NCBI GenBank assembly: GCA_038890615.1
Contig: JAWAFI010000001.1
Coordinates: 494,629 to 558,628 of the forward strand
Direction: 5' to 3'
Source: Candidatus Anstonellales archaeon
GTDB taxonomy: Archaea; Micrarchaeota; Micrarchaeia; Anstonellales; J096
Length of the DNA stretch: 64,000 bases
Positions 1 to 9,539 of this stretch are shown in pieces. Within the stretch, counting starts at the first letter, position 1, and the number at the start of each line of letters is the position of its first letter. Below the pieces are notes generated by a model. That model ran no database searches. It worked only from the letters and a program-made list of their open reading frames with translations, and had not been told where the DNA came from. The position numbers and the translations under genes are program-made.

Positions 1-2560
1 AGCCGAACTCCTTTTTCAGCAGAGGAATGGCGCTCTTTATCAGCTCTTCTTCCTCTTCTTTTGTTGCCCTTGTGGGGCTCCTTGCTATCCGTTGGGCGAT
101 TTTGGCATCCTCAATCTTAACCTCCCCCATTGCCTTCATCCCCTTCTCAGCTGCAAGGTTGGCAAGCTGCCTTTTCCATCCCCCTGCAACTCCAAGCCTT
201 ATTAGCGCTGGCTTCTTCCCTGTTATCTCAATTACTTTCTGCACATCCTTTAAGAGCTCTTTTATTGCCTCTTCGTTTTCAATTGCCTTCTGGTCAACCT
301 CTTCTGCATTGGGCCAAGTTGCGGAGCAAACTGATGCCCCTTTCACAATACCTTTCTTGCGCAGGTTGGCCCATACAATCTCAGCAGTGAACGGCGCAAA
401 TGGGCTTATGGCAACGCTCCATTTAGCCAGAAATTCTCCTAAGTTGGGCTTCTTCTTCCTCCTCTCATACCACCTCAGCTCGCTGTAAACCTCGTAGAAA
501 AGCTTCTGGAGGGCATCCCTGTATTCAAAGGATTCCATGTTTTTCTCTGCCCCTGCAATAGCCCTGTTAAGCACGCTGTATATATACCTGTCAATGCTGT
601 CCTTTTCTGAAACCCGCGCTTTTTTGCTTAGCTTTATGAAGTAAGAAAGCCTTTCCTTTATGCCTGCTGCATCAGGCCCGCTGAAGTTTGCGTCATCCTC
701 AAGAGTTGCGCTGCCAACTGCAGCTATCCTTATGCTGTCAGCGCCGTATCCCTTTACAGCCTTCCTTAAAGGCAGTATGTTGCCTAAGCTCTTGCTCATC
801 TTCTTGCCATCCATTAGCACAAAGCCATTGCTTACAATCTGCTTTGGCCAGTGCTCCTTCCCAAAGACTGCAACATGGTTGAATACAAAGAAAGGCAGGT
901 GGTTCATTAATAGGTCTGAGGCGCTGTGCCTTGAGTCAACAGGGTACCAATAAAGGAATTCCTTCCTCATCCCTTCCCACCCTGGCTTCCCTTCTCCCTT
1001 GCCTAGCATTACATAGTCAAAAAGCTGGTCGTCCACTTCCTTAAGGTCAATATCTTTTATCAGATGGGCTATTGTGTAGTAAGCCATGTATATTGTTGAA
1101 TCAGAAAGGGCGTCAATCATCTTCTTCCTGTCGAATATGAAGCGCGTTCCCAACCCGCTGCTCCTTGTTACTGGCTTTTCCCTAAGCCAATCTATTGCGT
1201 ATTCCATCCTTTTCCTTGCATTTTCAGGCACAACCCTCATCTCTGCAAAGCACTCCTTTGCTGCCTTTTTCCATTCAGGGTTGGCATAATCTATGAACCA
1301 CTGGTCCTCAAATACCTTTACTATTGCCTTTTCCCCGCACCTGCATTGCACAGGAGAGGCAAGCACATACGCCTTGAGCGCCTTGCCTTCATTGAGAAGC
1401 TTATCCTTTACATAATCCCTTGCCTCCTCAACAGGCATACCTTCCATCCCTTTCACTAACATCTTTCCCTGCTTCAGCTCCTTCATATAAACCTCTTTTG
1501 TAAGTGCCTCAAGCCTTTCATCTGCGCTTGATGCTATCCCCTGCCTTCCCACTTCCTTTGCGCAGTCAATAGGGCTTTCTATTATCTTTATTGGCTCAAT
1601 CCCAAGCCCTGCTTCCTTGAGCGCTGCATAGTCATATGGCGCATGGGCAGGCACGCTCATCACTGCTCCAGTGCCCCACTCAGGGTCTACAAAAGGCGCG
1701 CTGAAAGCCCTTACAATGTTGCCAAGAGGGCTCCTGAACTCCTGCTCTACAAGCTCCTTTCCGCTAACCTTCCCGACAACTTTAACCTCAAGCTGGCCCT
1801 CAAGGTTCTTCACTGCTTTCTCCGCAACTATATACTTCTTCCCATTGACCTCAACAACAGCGTAATCCTCTGCTTCCTTTACCCAGAGGTTTGTAACCCC
1901 GTAAATGGTTTCAGGCCTGTACGTTGATGCAAGCAAAGCCCCTTGCTTTGTTTCAAAGCTAATGAGCACAACCTCTTCCAGCTCTGGGTCAACATCCCCC
2001 TTTGTGTCATGTGCGCTTAGCACATTCCTGTCCTTTGGGCAGTAGGCAAGGGGGTATTTCCCTTTCTTAAGGTAGCCCTTCTCAGCAAGCTTCCTGAACT
2101 GCCATTCTATAAACCTGTTGAACCTCTTGTCAGATGTGTAGAACTTTCTCCTCCAGTCTATGCTGTATCCTATCTCATGCATTCCTTTCTCTATCTCCTT
2201 TGAGAAATACTTGACAAGCTTCTTTGGGTCTGTAAGCTTGGGGAAAAGCGCTTCTTCAATCCCAAATATATCCTTGAATATCCTAAGAAGCTCATGGTCC
2301 TTTTCCTTAACCCTTTTTGCCATTGCCAATATTGGAGTGCCTGTTACATGGAAGCCCATAGGGAAAAGCACATTGTACCCCTTTGCCCTAAGATAGCGAG
2401 CATATATGTCTGTTATGGTATAAGTCCTTCCATGCCCTATGTGCTGCGGTGAGTTTGGGTATGGAAATGCTGCAGTTATGAGCTTTTTTGGCCTGCTGTC
2501 TGGTATTGCCTCAAAAAGGCCCATTGATGCCCATGCGCGCATTACGCTTTTTTCATTCAT
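1..2560 (-). CDS. leuS: Leucine--tRNA ligase, archaeal type (3' end beyond window start)
   Basis: Absent from ORF track (no stop in window). Manual translation from ATG 2560: MNEKSVMRAW...TAAFPYPNSPQHIGHGRTY...FPMGFHVTGTP; MDGKKMSKSLGN near 780-815. Confidence 0.97.
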   Translation of the reverse strand, partial: MNEKSVMRAWASMGLFEAIPDSRPKKLITAAFPYPNSPQHIGHGRTYTITDIYARYLRAKGYNVLFPMGFHVTGTPILAMAKRVKEKDHELLRIFKDIFGIEEALFPKLTDPKKLVKYFSKEIEKGMHEIGYSIDWRRKFYTSDKRFNRFIEWQFRKLAEKGYLKKGKYPLAYCPKDRNVLSAHDTKGDVDPELEEVVLISFETKQGALLASTYRPETIYGVTNLWVKEAEDYAVVEVNGKKYIVAEKAVKNLEGQLEVKVVGKVSGKELVEQEFRSPLGNIVRAFSAPFVDPEWGTGAVMSVPAHAPYDYAALKEAGLGIEPIKIIESPIDCAKEVGRQGIASSADERLEALTKEVYMKELKQGKMLVKGMEGMPVEEARDYVKDKLLNEGKALKAYVLASPVQCRCGEKAIVKVFEDQWFIDYANPEWKKAAKECFAEMRVVPENARKRMEYAIDWLREKPVTRSSGLGTRFIFDRKKMIDALSDSTIYMAYYTIAHLIKDIDLKEVDDQLFDYVMLGKGEGKPGWEGMRKEFLYWYPVDSRHSASDLLMNHLPFFVFNHVAVFGKEHWPKQIVSNGFVLMDGKKMSKSLGNILPLRKAVKGYGADSIRIAAVGSATLEDDANFSGPDAAGIKERLSYFIKLSKKARVSEKDSIDRYIYSVLNRAIAGAEKNMESFEYRDALQKLFYEVYSELRWYERRKKKPNLGEFLAKWSVAISPFAPFTAEIVWANLRKKGIVKGASVCSATWPNAEEVDQKAIENEEAIKELLKDVQKVIEITGKKPALIRLGVAGGWKRQLANLAAEKGMKAMGEVKIEDAKIAQRIARSPTRATKEEEEELIKSAIPLLKKEFG

Positions 2561-2581
2561 GGAAATTCCATAAGGGCTAAC

Positions 2582-2589
2582 TTTAAATA
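2582..2589. promoter_or_regulatory. Putative shared TATA box (TTTAAATA) for divergent leuS and membrane-protein array
   Basis: TTTAAA core 21 nt from leuS ATG (2560) and 25 nt from ATG 2613. Confidence 0.6.
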
Positions 2590-2612
2590 CTTTGCCTGTG
2601 CTTTCTCTATTG

Positions 2613-3848
2613 ATGCCTTTGCTTATGCAGGCGCTTGCGCCTCCGATTAACGAAGTTACAATTGCAGCGTTCCTGCTATCTTTCTCAATAGTGGTCGCTT
2701 ACTACCTTCTAGACAAGGCATGGGAGGCTTTAAGAGGGGGAGCAGGAGCTACCTCTCCATTTACTATACCTGCCAAGAGGGAGATGAATGAATTCTTCGT
2801 AACGGTGCTCATATTCGCATTCTTCAGCATCTTGGTCTTCCTGATGGATACTGTTGTTTCTGCTTTTGTATGCGGCTCAACCACCGGCTGCAATGTGATA
2901 GAGATTGCGCATTTCTATTTGATAAGGCTTCAGGCGCTCCTTGTTAGCCAGTTCACCATAACATACCTTACTGAAACTGTTTTCGGCTTCTTTGGCTACT
3001 TAGGAGTAGGCGGCAAGCCAGACATCCTTTCATTTGTGCCATTTGGCTACAACTTAGCCCCTTTTGCTCCTCTTGGGCTCCCAACAAGCCTCCTGCTTAG
3101 GATAATAGATTTAATAGAAATGGAGCTTGGGGCAACGGTTACTAAGGTTATACTGCTTTACATAATATCCTTTGCAGTTCCTTACCACTTGCTTCCTTTG
3201 GGGTTCTTCATGCGTGCAATACCCTTTACAAGGAAAACAGGGAGCATGGTAATAGCTCTTTGCATCTCTGCGTATTTCGTATACCCTTTCAGCGTAATAT
3301 ACGGAACTTCGCTGGTTGTTGACTATATGAATGCAGAATCTCCATCAACGCTTTACCAAATATACGATGCTACTGCAAGCATGATGGGCAGCTTTCTCAA
3401 TCTTTTCTCAGGATGGACTTATAATACAGAGTTCTTCACTTCGCTAAACACCAACATAAAAGCATGGGAAGGGGCGCTTCAGGATTATGGAAATGCAATA
3501 ACTAACCCTGCTGACCCTGTTGGGAGCAGGGAAGGGGGGCTTGCAACAAAATACCAGCTTGAGTACGAAGACAAGCTTGGCGCTGCAGCAAGCGACCCTG
3601 CTTACTCAATAGGGATAGGGGTTTTAGGCCTTTTCCTTTCAATCCTCGCCAGGCCACTCTTAGTGGTTGAGCTTGTAACAGGGTTCTACAGGATGGTGGT
3701 GGTGCTGGGTATATACACCGCTCTCCAGTTTACAGGTGTGGTTGCGAGCACCTTTTTCGAGATTGTGCTTACAATAACTGCTTTCAGGGCAATCTCAGAG
3801 CTTCTCAGCGGAGAGATGGCGCTTTTTGGGATGGGGAGGCTGACTTGA
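2613..3848 (+). CDS. Polytopic membrane protein, array paralog 1 (CedA/VirB6-like?)
   Basis: Multiple hydrophobic helices; AKREMNEFF, LPLGFFMRAIPFTRKTGSMVIA, C-term GMGRLT; start placed at ATG 2613 (track uses TTG 2592). Confidence 0.8.
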   Translation: MPLLMQALAPPINEVTIAAFLLSFSIVVAYYLLDKAWEALRGGAGATSPFTIPAKREMNEFFVTVLIFAFFSILVFLMDTVVSAFVCGSTTGCNVIEIAHFYLIRLQALLVSQFTITYLTETVFGFFGYLGVGGKPDILSFVPFGYNLAPFAPLGLPTSLLLRIIDLIEMELGATVTKVILLYIISFAVPYHLLPLGFFMRAIPFTRKTGSMVIALCISAYFVYPFSVIYGTSLVVDYMNAESPSTLYQIYDATASMMGSFLNLFSGWTYNTEFFTSLNTNIKAWEGALQDYGNAITNPADPVGSREGGLATKYQLEYEDKLGAAASDPAYSIGIGVLGLFLSILARPLLVVELVTGFYRMVVVLGIYTALQFTGVVASTFFEIVLTITAFRAISELLSGEMALFGMGRLT

Positions 3849-4832
3849 ATGTTCGAGGTTTTCATCGCAGCAGCAGCGCTCCTGATGGTTGCATACATAG
3901 CAGTGCTCTACATGGCTGGCTCCTTTATGCAGAAGCCAGAATGGCACGCAATGGCAAAGGACCAGCTAAGGGAGCTTTTCCTAGCCTGCCTAATAACTAT
4001 GTCAGCAGGCGCCATGATATCAATATGCAACTACCTTGGGATAATATGGCTCCAAAGCTACTTCCCTAGCTACTCCATAGTGCAGAATGACCTTGGCAAG
4101 ACAACCTCTGCCCAGCTTGAGCAAATAATATTCAAATCCCTCATACCTATGATAGCGCGCATAGGTAGCATAGACATGCTCACTACAACCGCATCAAGCT
4201 ACTATGCAGCAGCAGGCCCGGGAAAGTGGAGGTTTGACTTCAAGGTTTTCAATGCAGCAGGGGACAGGTTCCTGCAGATAATAGGTATACTTGAGTTCAC
4301 TCTTTCAATAACGCTTGCAAGCCTTTTCATACAATCAGCAGTTCTTGACATGGCTTACCAGGTTTCAATGGAGATAATGCTCCCTTTGGGTGCTGTGCTG
4401 TTGTTCTTCCCAGTGCTAAGGAAGTCAGGGAAATTTATAGTAGCATTAGCAATAGCGTATGGCTTCTTTGCGCCATTCATATACAGCATGACGCTTGCAT
4501 CCATAGGGGATTTTTTCGCAATGAAGTCAGCTTCGAGCCCTGCAATCAATATACCATTCATAGGAGCATATGACTTTTGGGACATCTACTCAACCCCATT
4601 TATAAGGATAAGTGAGCCCTTCCTGATTTTTCTCCCAACAGGCCATGTTTTTGTGCTTGTATACTCAAACCTGTTCGCAGAAGCCGGAAAAGTGCTTTTC
4701 ATAACAGTGCTTTGCCCTGCCTTGGTTTCAATAATAACAGTTTCAACAATAAGGCCGCTTGCTGATTTCATAGAGGCGCAGTCGTTTTTGATAGACACAA
4801 GGATGATATCTGGGCCAAGCATAGGTGGTTGA
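3849..4832 (+). CDS. Polytopic membrane protein, array paralog 2
   Basis: AKDQLRELF; LPLGAVLLFFPVLRKSGKFIVA; abuts paralog 1 stop. Confidence 0.8.
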   Translation: MFEVFIAAAALLMVAYIAVLYMAGSFMQKPEWHAMAKDQLRELFLACLITMSAGAMISICNYLGIIWLQSYFPSYSIVQNDLGKTTSAQLEQIIFKSLIPMIARIGSIDMLTTTASSYYAAAGPGKWRFDFKVFNAAGDRFLQIIGILEFTLSITLASLFIQSAVLDMAYQVSMEIMLPLGAVLLFFPVLRKSGKFIVALAIAYGFFAPFIYSMTLASIGDFFAMKSASSPAINIPFIGAYDFWDIYSTPFIRISEPFLIFLPTGHVFVLVYSNLFAEAGKVLFITVLCPALVSIITVSTIRPLADFIEAQSFLIDTRMISGPSIGG

Positions 4833-6092
4833 ATGCCAGCGCAGCCGTACATTGAATTTGTTTTGCAGGCATACCAGAACTACCTGCCTTTAGCCCCTCC
4901 TTTGATCCTCCTGTCGCTTGGGCTCATAGCGCTTACCCAAGCAGTAGGGAGGTTCTTGAACATGAACCAGCTCATTGTGTGGGGCAAGCTTGAGCTTTTT
5001 GAGCTTTTCTTCTCTGCTTTTATACTCCTCATATTCCCATTTGCCCTTGGCTCCATGAATGAGATAGCAGCTACGGTAATTACTTCTCTTCCATATGGGC
5101 CAGACATATGCCCAAATGCCCAGCAGGCAACAATACCCTGCCACATAGCTTATGCAAAGCAGTTCCTGAATTCAATGTTCATAGAGCTCGACTATGTAAT
5201 TTTCAGGCAGCTTGCTTGGTATTCTGTTATAAGCTTGCTCACAAACACAGAGATTTCCTTGGAGGTTGGGATGATATCAAAGCCATGGGCGCCTTTCATG
5301 ATTTTCCATGCCAAAGAGCTAATAATAAGGGACACAGTGCAGCATATGTTTACATTCATGCTGGCTTTAAAGGTCATTGAGAACACCTTTGCTTTCATAT
5401 CCCTTTTCTTTTTCCCGCTAATGCTCATAGGTGGGGTTTTGCTCAGGATACTAAAGTATACAAGGAGGCTTGGTGGCCTGCTAATAGCAATAGCGCTGGT
5501 GTCGCATTACATAACCCCAATACCTTTCATAGTGGGCGGCATGCTTTACAACCAGTACAGGATAGACCAAGGCTTGCCGTACAGTGACTTAAAACCAGTG
5601 CTCTACAAAGCCAAAACAACCTCTTCCACAGGGGTGCCGGCAATACTTGACTTAAAAGACAATGACATTTATGATAGCTGGAAGAAAAGCTACGAGTCGC
5701 AATCGCAGGGCCAGGCGATTGATTACACAACAAGCAATATGCAATACCAGCTTAAAGATAATTTGGTCATAGAGCCATACGTTGACCCACATGATGCTTC
5801 TTCAGTGTCTTCAGGAATAGCATCATTTCTACTTGAAGCAATTTCATTCACAAAATACCTGAGCTTGTACGTTTTCACAGCAGGCTTCGGGCAGGGCGAA
5901 TCTATAGTAGACTTCATATATGGGATTGACTTAGTTAAAAAAGGAGGCGCCCTTGATGTAAGCGGTACAGTGCTGGCGTATGTTTTCTTCTTTACATTCA
6001 TTTCACTACTCTCATCAATAGCTGCAGTAAGGAGCCTTTCAGAGACATTTGGCGGGGATTCAGAGATAGCAGGGCTTACGAGGCTGATATGA
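4833..6092 (+). CDS. Polytopic membrane protein, array paralog 3
   Basis: WGKLELFELF; GGVLLRILKYTRRLGGLLIA; C-term GLTRLI. Confidence 0.8.
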   Translation: MPAQPYIEFVLQAYQNYLPLAPPLILLSLGLIALTQAVGRFLNMNQLIVWGKLELFELFFSAFILLIFPFALGSMNEIAATVITSLPYGPDICPNAQQATIPCHIAYAKQFLNSMFIELDYVIFRQLAWYSVISLLTNTEISLEVGMISKPWAPFMIFHAKELIIRDTVQHMFTFMLALKVIENTFAFISLFFFPLMLIGGVLLRILKYTRRLGGLLIAIALVSHYITPIPFIVGGMLYNQYRIDQGLPYSDLKPVLYKAKTTSSTGVPAILDLKDNDIYDSWKKSYESQSQGQAIDYTTSNMQYQLKDNLVIEPYVDPHDASSVSSGIASFLLEAISFTKYLSLYVFTAGFGQGESIVDFIYGIDLVKKGGALDVSGTVLAYVFFFTFISLLSSIAAVRSLSETFGGDSEIAGLTRLI

Positions 6093-7276
6093 TGAGGCTA
6101 ATGCACCTAATCCTCCTTCTTCTCTTGCCTGCCCTCTCAGCACAGCAGACAAACAACATACAAGAAATAACATCAAGCACCATTGATGAGAAGGCATGGA
6201 GCCAAACAATAGAGAGCCACTTGCTTCTCCAGATAATAACAAACAACTGCCAGGCAGGGCCGAGCCTTGACATGCACAGCCAATTCTTGACGCTTTCAGC
6301 AGCTGTTTTGATCACTATGCTTTCGCTGCTAATATTCCTATACTTGCTCTCTTACATAACCGATTCTGTTACAATCAGGAGCGTTGTGCAGTACGAGTTT
6401 TACTCTGTGTTCATGACAACCTTCCTCCTTTTCGCCCTTCTTGAAGTCCTTTACCTTACAATCAACCCGGTTTATGAGAAGCTTGGCATACAGGAGAAGG
6501 CATTCAGCTACTCCAACAAGATAGTTGTGAGGCTTTTCACTACGCTTGGCGCTTTCAGCGGCACCTCTTTAGTGTTAAGCGCAATAGAATCCTTAAGGAT
6601 AAGCATAAGCTTCAGGATTGTGCCTTTCTCTTTCTCAGCATCTTCATTCGTGAAGCCCATGACTGACTCTGTTGGCTTCATATCCCAGCTAACCAGCTTG
6701 GCAGTTACAGAATGGCTTGTCAAGGCAGCGCTGCTGTGCCTGATGTTCAATTACTCTTTCCCTCTGCTCATACCCATTGGGCTCTTCCTTAGGGCCATAC
6801 CAATATTCAGGGGGGCAGGCAACTCAATAATAGCAGCATCACTTGGGTTCTTCTTCATATTCCCGCTTCTTCTTGCAGTAAACGATGACATAGATGCCAA
6901 GATGTCGCTTATACTGCGCGAGAGGGAGACAATGGACAGGGCAGTGGCAGTAGTAAAGGATGTCGCAGGGGATTCTGCATTCTCAGTAAACAACGCAACA
7001 GGGGAGGAGCTTTCTGGCTGGCTGGAGAAACTCTACAACCTGCTTTTCAGGGCTATATTTTTCCCTTCGCAGCAAACTCCTATCGACCAAGGGGGCATAT
7101 GGCTCTGGGAAAAGGTGTTCTACCCTCTTTTCATACTGCGCTTTGTGTATTACTTCTTTGTTCTCAGCGCCATATTCCCGTTTATAAACATTTCAGTGCT
7201 AATAGCTGCAATAAAGGAGATAGGCCAGTGGCTTGATGCTGATGTAAAGCTTGATGTTTTCATGAGGTTGATATAG
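6089..7276 (+). CDS. Polytopic membrane protein with N-terminal signal peptide, array paralog 4
   Basis: Signal-like MMRLMHLILLLLLPALSA; VQYEFYSVF; IPIGLFLRAIPIFRGAGNSIIA; C-term FMRLI. Confidence 0.8.
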   Translation: MMRLMHLILLLLLPALSAQQTNNIQEITSSTIDEKAWSQTIESHLLLQIITNNCQAGPSLDMHSQFLTLSAAVLITMLSLLIFLYLLSYITDSVTIRSVVQYEFYSVFMTTFLLFALLEVLYLTINPVYEKLGIQEKAFSYSNKIVVRLFTTLGAFSGTSLVLSAIESLRISISFRIVPFSFSASSFVKPMTDSVGFISQLTSLAVTEWLVKAALLCLMFNYSFPLLIPIGLFLRAIPIFRGAGNSIIAASLGFFFIFPLLLAVNDDIDAKMSLILRERETMDRAVAVVKDVAGDSAFSVNNATGEELSGWLEKLYNLLFRAIFFPSQQTPIDQGGIWLWEKVFYPLFILRFVYYFFVLSAIFPFINISVLIAAIKEIGQWLDADVKLDVFMRLI

Positions 7277-8500
7277 ATGGCATCGCTTGCAGAATTACAA
7301 GGCACTTTGCTTGCCCAGCTCATGCCTGCCTATGCAGCCCTCTACAATTACGAGCCGCTTGCTCAGTCGCAGGTATGCGGCGACCCTGCTGGCTTTGTGA
7401 ATTCCCTTATGCCCCCTGTTGGGGAGGTCCTGCTCCTTTCAGTGGCTATAATTGTTTTCCTATACCTGCTTTCAAGGATCCTGGCAAACCCAATGCTGGA
7501 ATCATACGTGAAGCTTGAGCTCCAAGAGATTCTCATAACCTGCCTTATATTCATATTCTTTGGGCTGATGATACCTATCCCATGCGTTCCTGCATCTTTC
7601 CTTAGCGTGCCCCCGGCTTATTCATCGAACACAATGATTCTTGATGGAGCTGTCTACCTTTCAGAGGTAGGGTCAAACTACCTGCTGCTCGGCTACTTCT
7701 TCTCAACGCTTATGTATTACATAATATCCTTTTACTCTGTAATAATAAACGCTGCGCCCCTTGTTGGGACAGTAGTTGCGCCATTGCAGGGGCTTTCAGC
7801 AGTAATATCCCCTGTGTTCTCAACAGTTGCCACTACCTTAGGCACTGGCGTAGTAATAAACTTCGCCTACCTGCTATTCTATGATTTCATGACCTACTCT
7901 TTCTTGAAGGCAATGCTACCTATAGGGCTCTTGCTGAGGTGCTTCACGATCACAAAGAAGGCAGGGAGCGCAATAATAGCGCTCTGCCTTTCATTCTATG
8001 TGCTGTTCCCATTCCTGCTTACTTTGGAGCATTCCATTGTAATGAACTCAGGCTATGGAAATTCATTAAACATGATACTTAGGAACGTCTGGTCAACTAC
8101 TAAATATGTAAGTGATGCAATAATACCCGGCCCATCTAAGCTTGAGCCAGGAGAGGAGCTTAAAGAATGGATAGAAAAAGGCGCCAATCCAATAATCTAT
8201 GGCCTTGGGACCGCTCCTTTCCTTGCGACATTTGTTTTCCAGTTTGTTGCTGCCCTTGGCTTTATGCCAATAACAAAGCTGATAGCCCCTGCAGTGCTTG
8301 GCCAATGGATGGCATCAATAGTTGCAATACCTGCGCACATGATTGCTGCGGAGATGCTTATAACCACTTCAGTGTACGTTTTCATCAACTCAGTGATATT
8401 CCCTGCACTAAACACGCTCGTGCTCGTTGGCGCTGCGGCATCCTTTGCCCAGCTGCTAGGAGTTCAGCTTGATGTTTCAAACCTTACGAGGCTGATATGA
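7277..8500 (+). CDS. Polytopic membrane protein, array paralog 5
   Basis: VKLELQEIL; LPIGLLLRCFTITKKAGSAIIA; C-term NLTRLI. Confidence 0.8.
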   Translation: MASLAELQGTLLAQLMPAYAALYNYEPLAQSQVCGDPAGFVNSLMPPVGEVLLLSVAIIVFLYLLSRILANPMLESYVKLELQEILITCLIFIFFGLMIPIPCVPASFLSVPPAYSSNTMILDGAVYLSEVGSNYLLLGYFFSTLMYYIISFYSVIINAAPLVGTVVAPLQGLSAVISPVFSTVATTLGTGVVINFAYLLFYDFMTYSFLKAMLPIGLLLRCFTITKKAGSAIIALCLSFYVLFPFLLTLEHSIVMNSGYGNSLNMILRNVWSTTKYVSDAIIPGPSKLEPGEELKEWIEKGANPIIYGLGTAPFLATFVFQFVAALGFMPITKLIAPAVLGQWMASIVAIPAHMIAAEMLITTSVYVFINSVIFPALNTLVLVGAAASFAQLLGVQLDVSNLTRLI

Positions 8501-9480
8501 TGCTGATGATCTGGCTCAACATTTCGATTGCAATAATAGCGACGATTTTCATAGCCTCCCTCTTAGTATATATGATAGGGAAGGGGTTTATGATCCCCCA
8601 GCTGGAGTCCATTGCAAAGAAGGAAATGATATATGTGGTCTCCACTGTGCTCCTGCTCATATTCATAGAGTTGCTAGTGGTAGAGCTTGAAGGAATGCTA
8701 GTGGCAATAATGGAGCCATACATAACACAGCTTCTTGCTGTATACGGCCAGCCAGCCCCTTCAGGCCAGCTTACGCTCATAGACATGAGCATAATGTTTA
8801 TGGGAGGCCCATACAACTGCCTTGTGACTAAAATACTTCCGCCAGTGGCAGCGCTTGCATCCGACTTAAGCACAATATTCAAGGCAAAGGTTGAGGTTCC
8901 AATGCCCAACCCAAGCGGCTTTGGCGGGGTGGGGAACATCCTTGACCTCCTAAATTACTTCATAGGTGCATCTGTTGTTTTTGTTCTTGCTTATTTCTTC
9001 CTTACAAACCTATTGCTGCTTTTCAAGCACCTTTCACTTCCATTGTTCATCCCGCTTGGCATAATATTAAGGGCATTTTCACCTACAAGGGGAGCAGGTG
9101 CATACATACTTGCCTTTTCAATAGTAGGTTACTTTGTAATGCCTCTTACGTACTCCATAATTTCCCTTATATTGGGGATTTCTTTTGGCGCAGCAGGGAT
9201 TTGCCAGCCAATAGACATACCACCCTACCTCCTTATGACGCTGAATTCAGGCAGCCCGCAGACAGAAGCAGAGCAGATGGCCATAAGGACTCTCCAGTCA
9301 TCAGGGGTGATGAGCAATGTGGCAGATTCAATAGATAAGATAATAATGGGGCTCTTCATGTACCTCTGCTCAATACCTTTCATAACCCTTACCGTAGGTC
9401 TTACAACAGTCCTTTTCCTTTCTGCTGTGTTTGGGATAAACCTGCCTGAGGTAGGAAGGGGGCTAGTGAAGCTTATTTGA
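8497..9480 (+). CDS. Polytopic membrane protein, array paralog 6
   Basis: AKKEMIYVV; IPLGIILRAFSPTRGAGAYILA; C-term GLVKLI. Confidence 0.8.
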   Translation: MMLMIWLNISIAIIATIFIASLLVYMIGKGFMIPQLESIAKKEMIYVVSTVLLLIFIELLVVELEGMLVAIMEPYITQLLAVYGQPAPSGQLTLIDMSIMFMGGPYNCLVTKILPPVAALASDLSTIFKAKVEVPMPNPSGFGGVGNILDLLNYFIGASVVFVLAYFFLTNLLLLFKHLSLPLFIPLGIILRAFSPTRGAGAYILAFSIVGYFVMPLTYSIISLILGISFGAAGICQPIDIPPYLLMTLNSGSPQTEAEQMAIRTLQSSGVMSNVADSIDKIIMGLFMYLCSIPFITLTVGLTTVLFLSAVFGINLPEVGRGLVKLI

Positions 9481-9539
9481 GCCCAGCGAAACATTTAAAA
9501 ATATTGGCGACTATGCTTTTCCAGCTAAAGGTGTTTTCT

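Noticed and set aside
27..2396. Plus-strand ORFs listed in the track
   Set aside because: Antisense shadows of leuS; the same applies to most short overlapping ORFs in the track
2613..9480. Array as ABC permeases, SecY or A-type ATPase subunits
   Set aside because: No signature motifs of those families recognised and no adjacent ATPase or binding protein
9477..9539. N-terminal extensions on EF-1alpha and others (GGR, Taw1, AsnRS, RibL, HD protein)
   Set aside because: Longest-ORF artefacts; downstream ATGs match family starts or ATGA coupling
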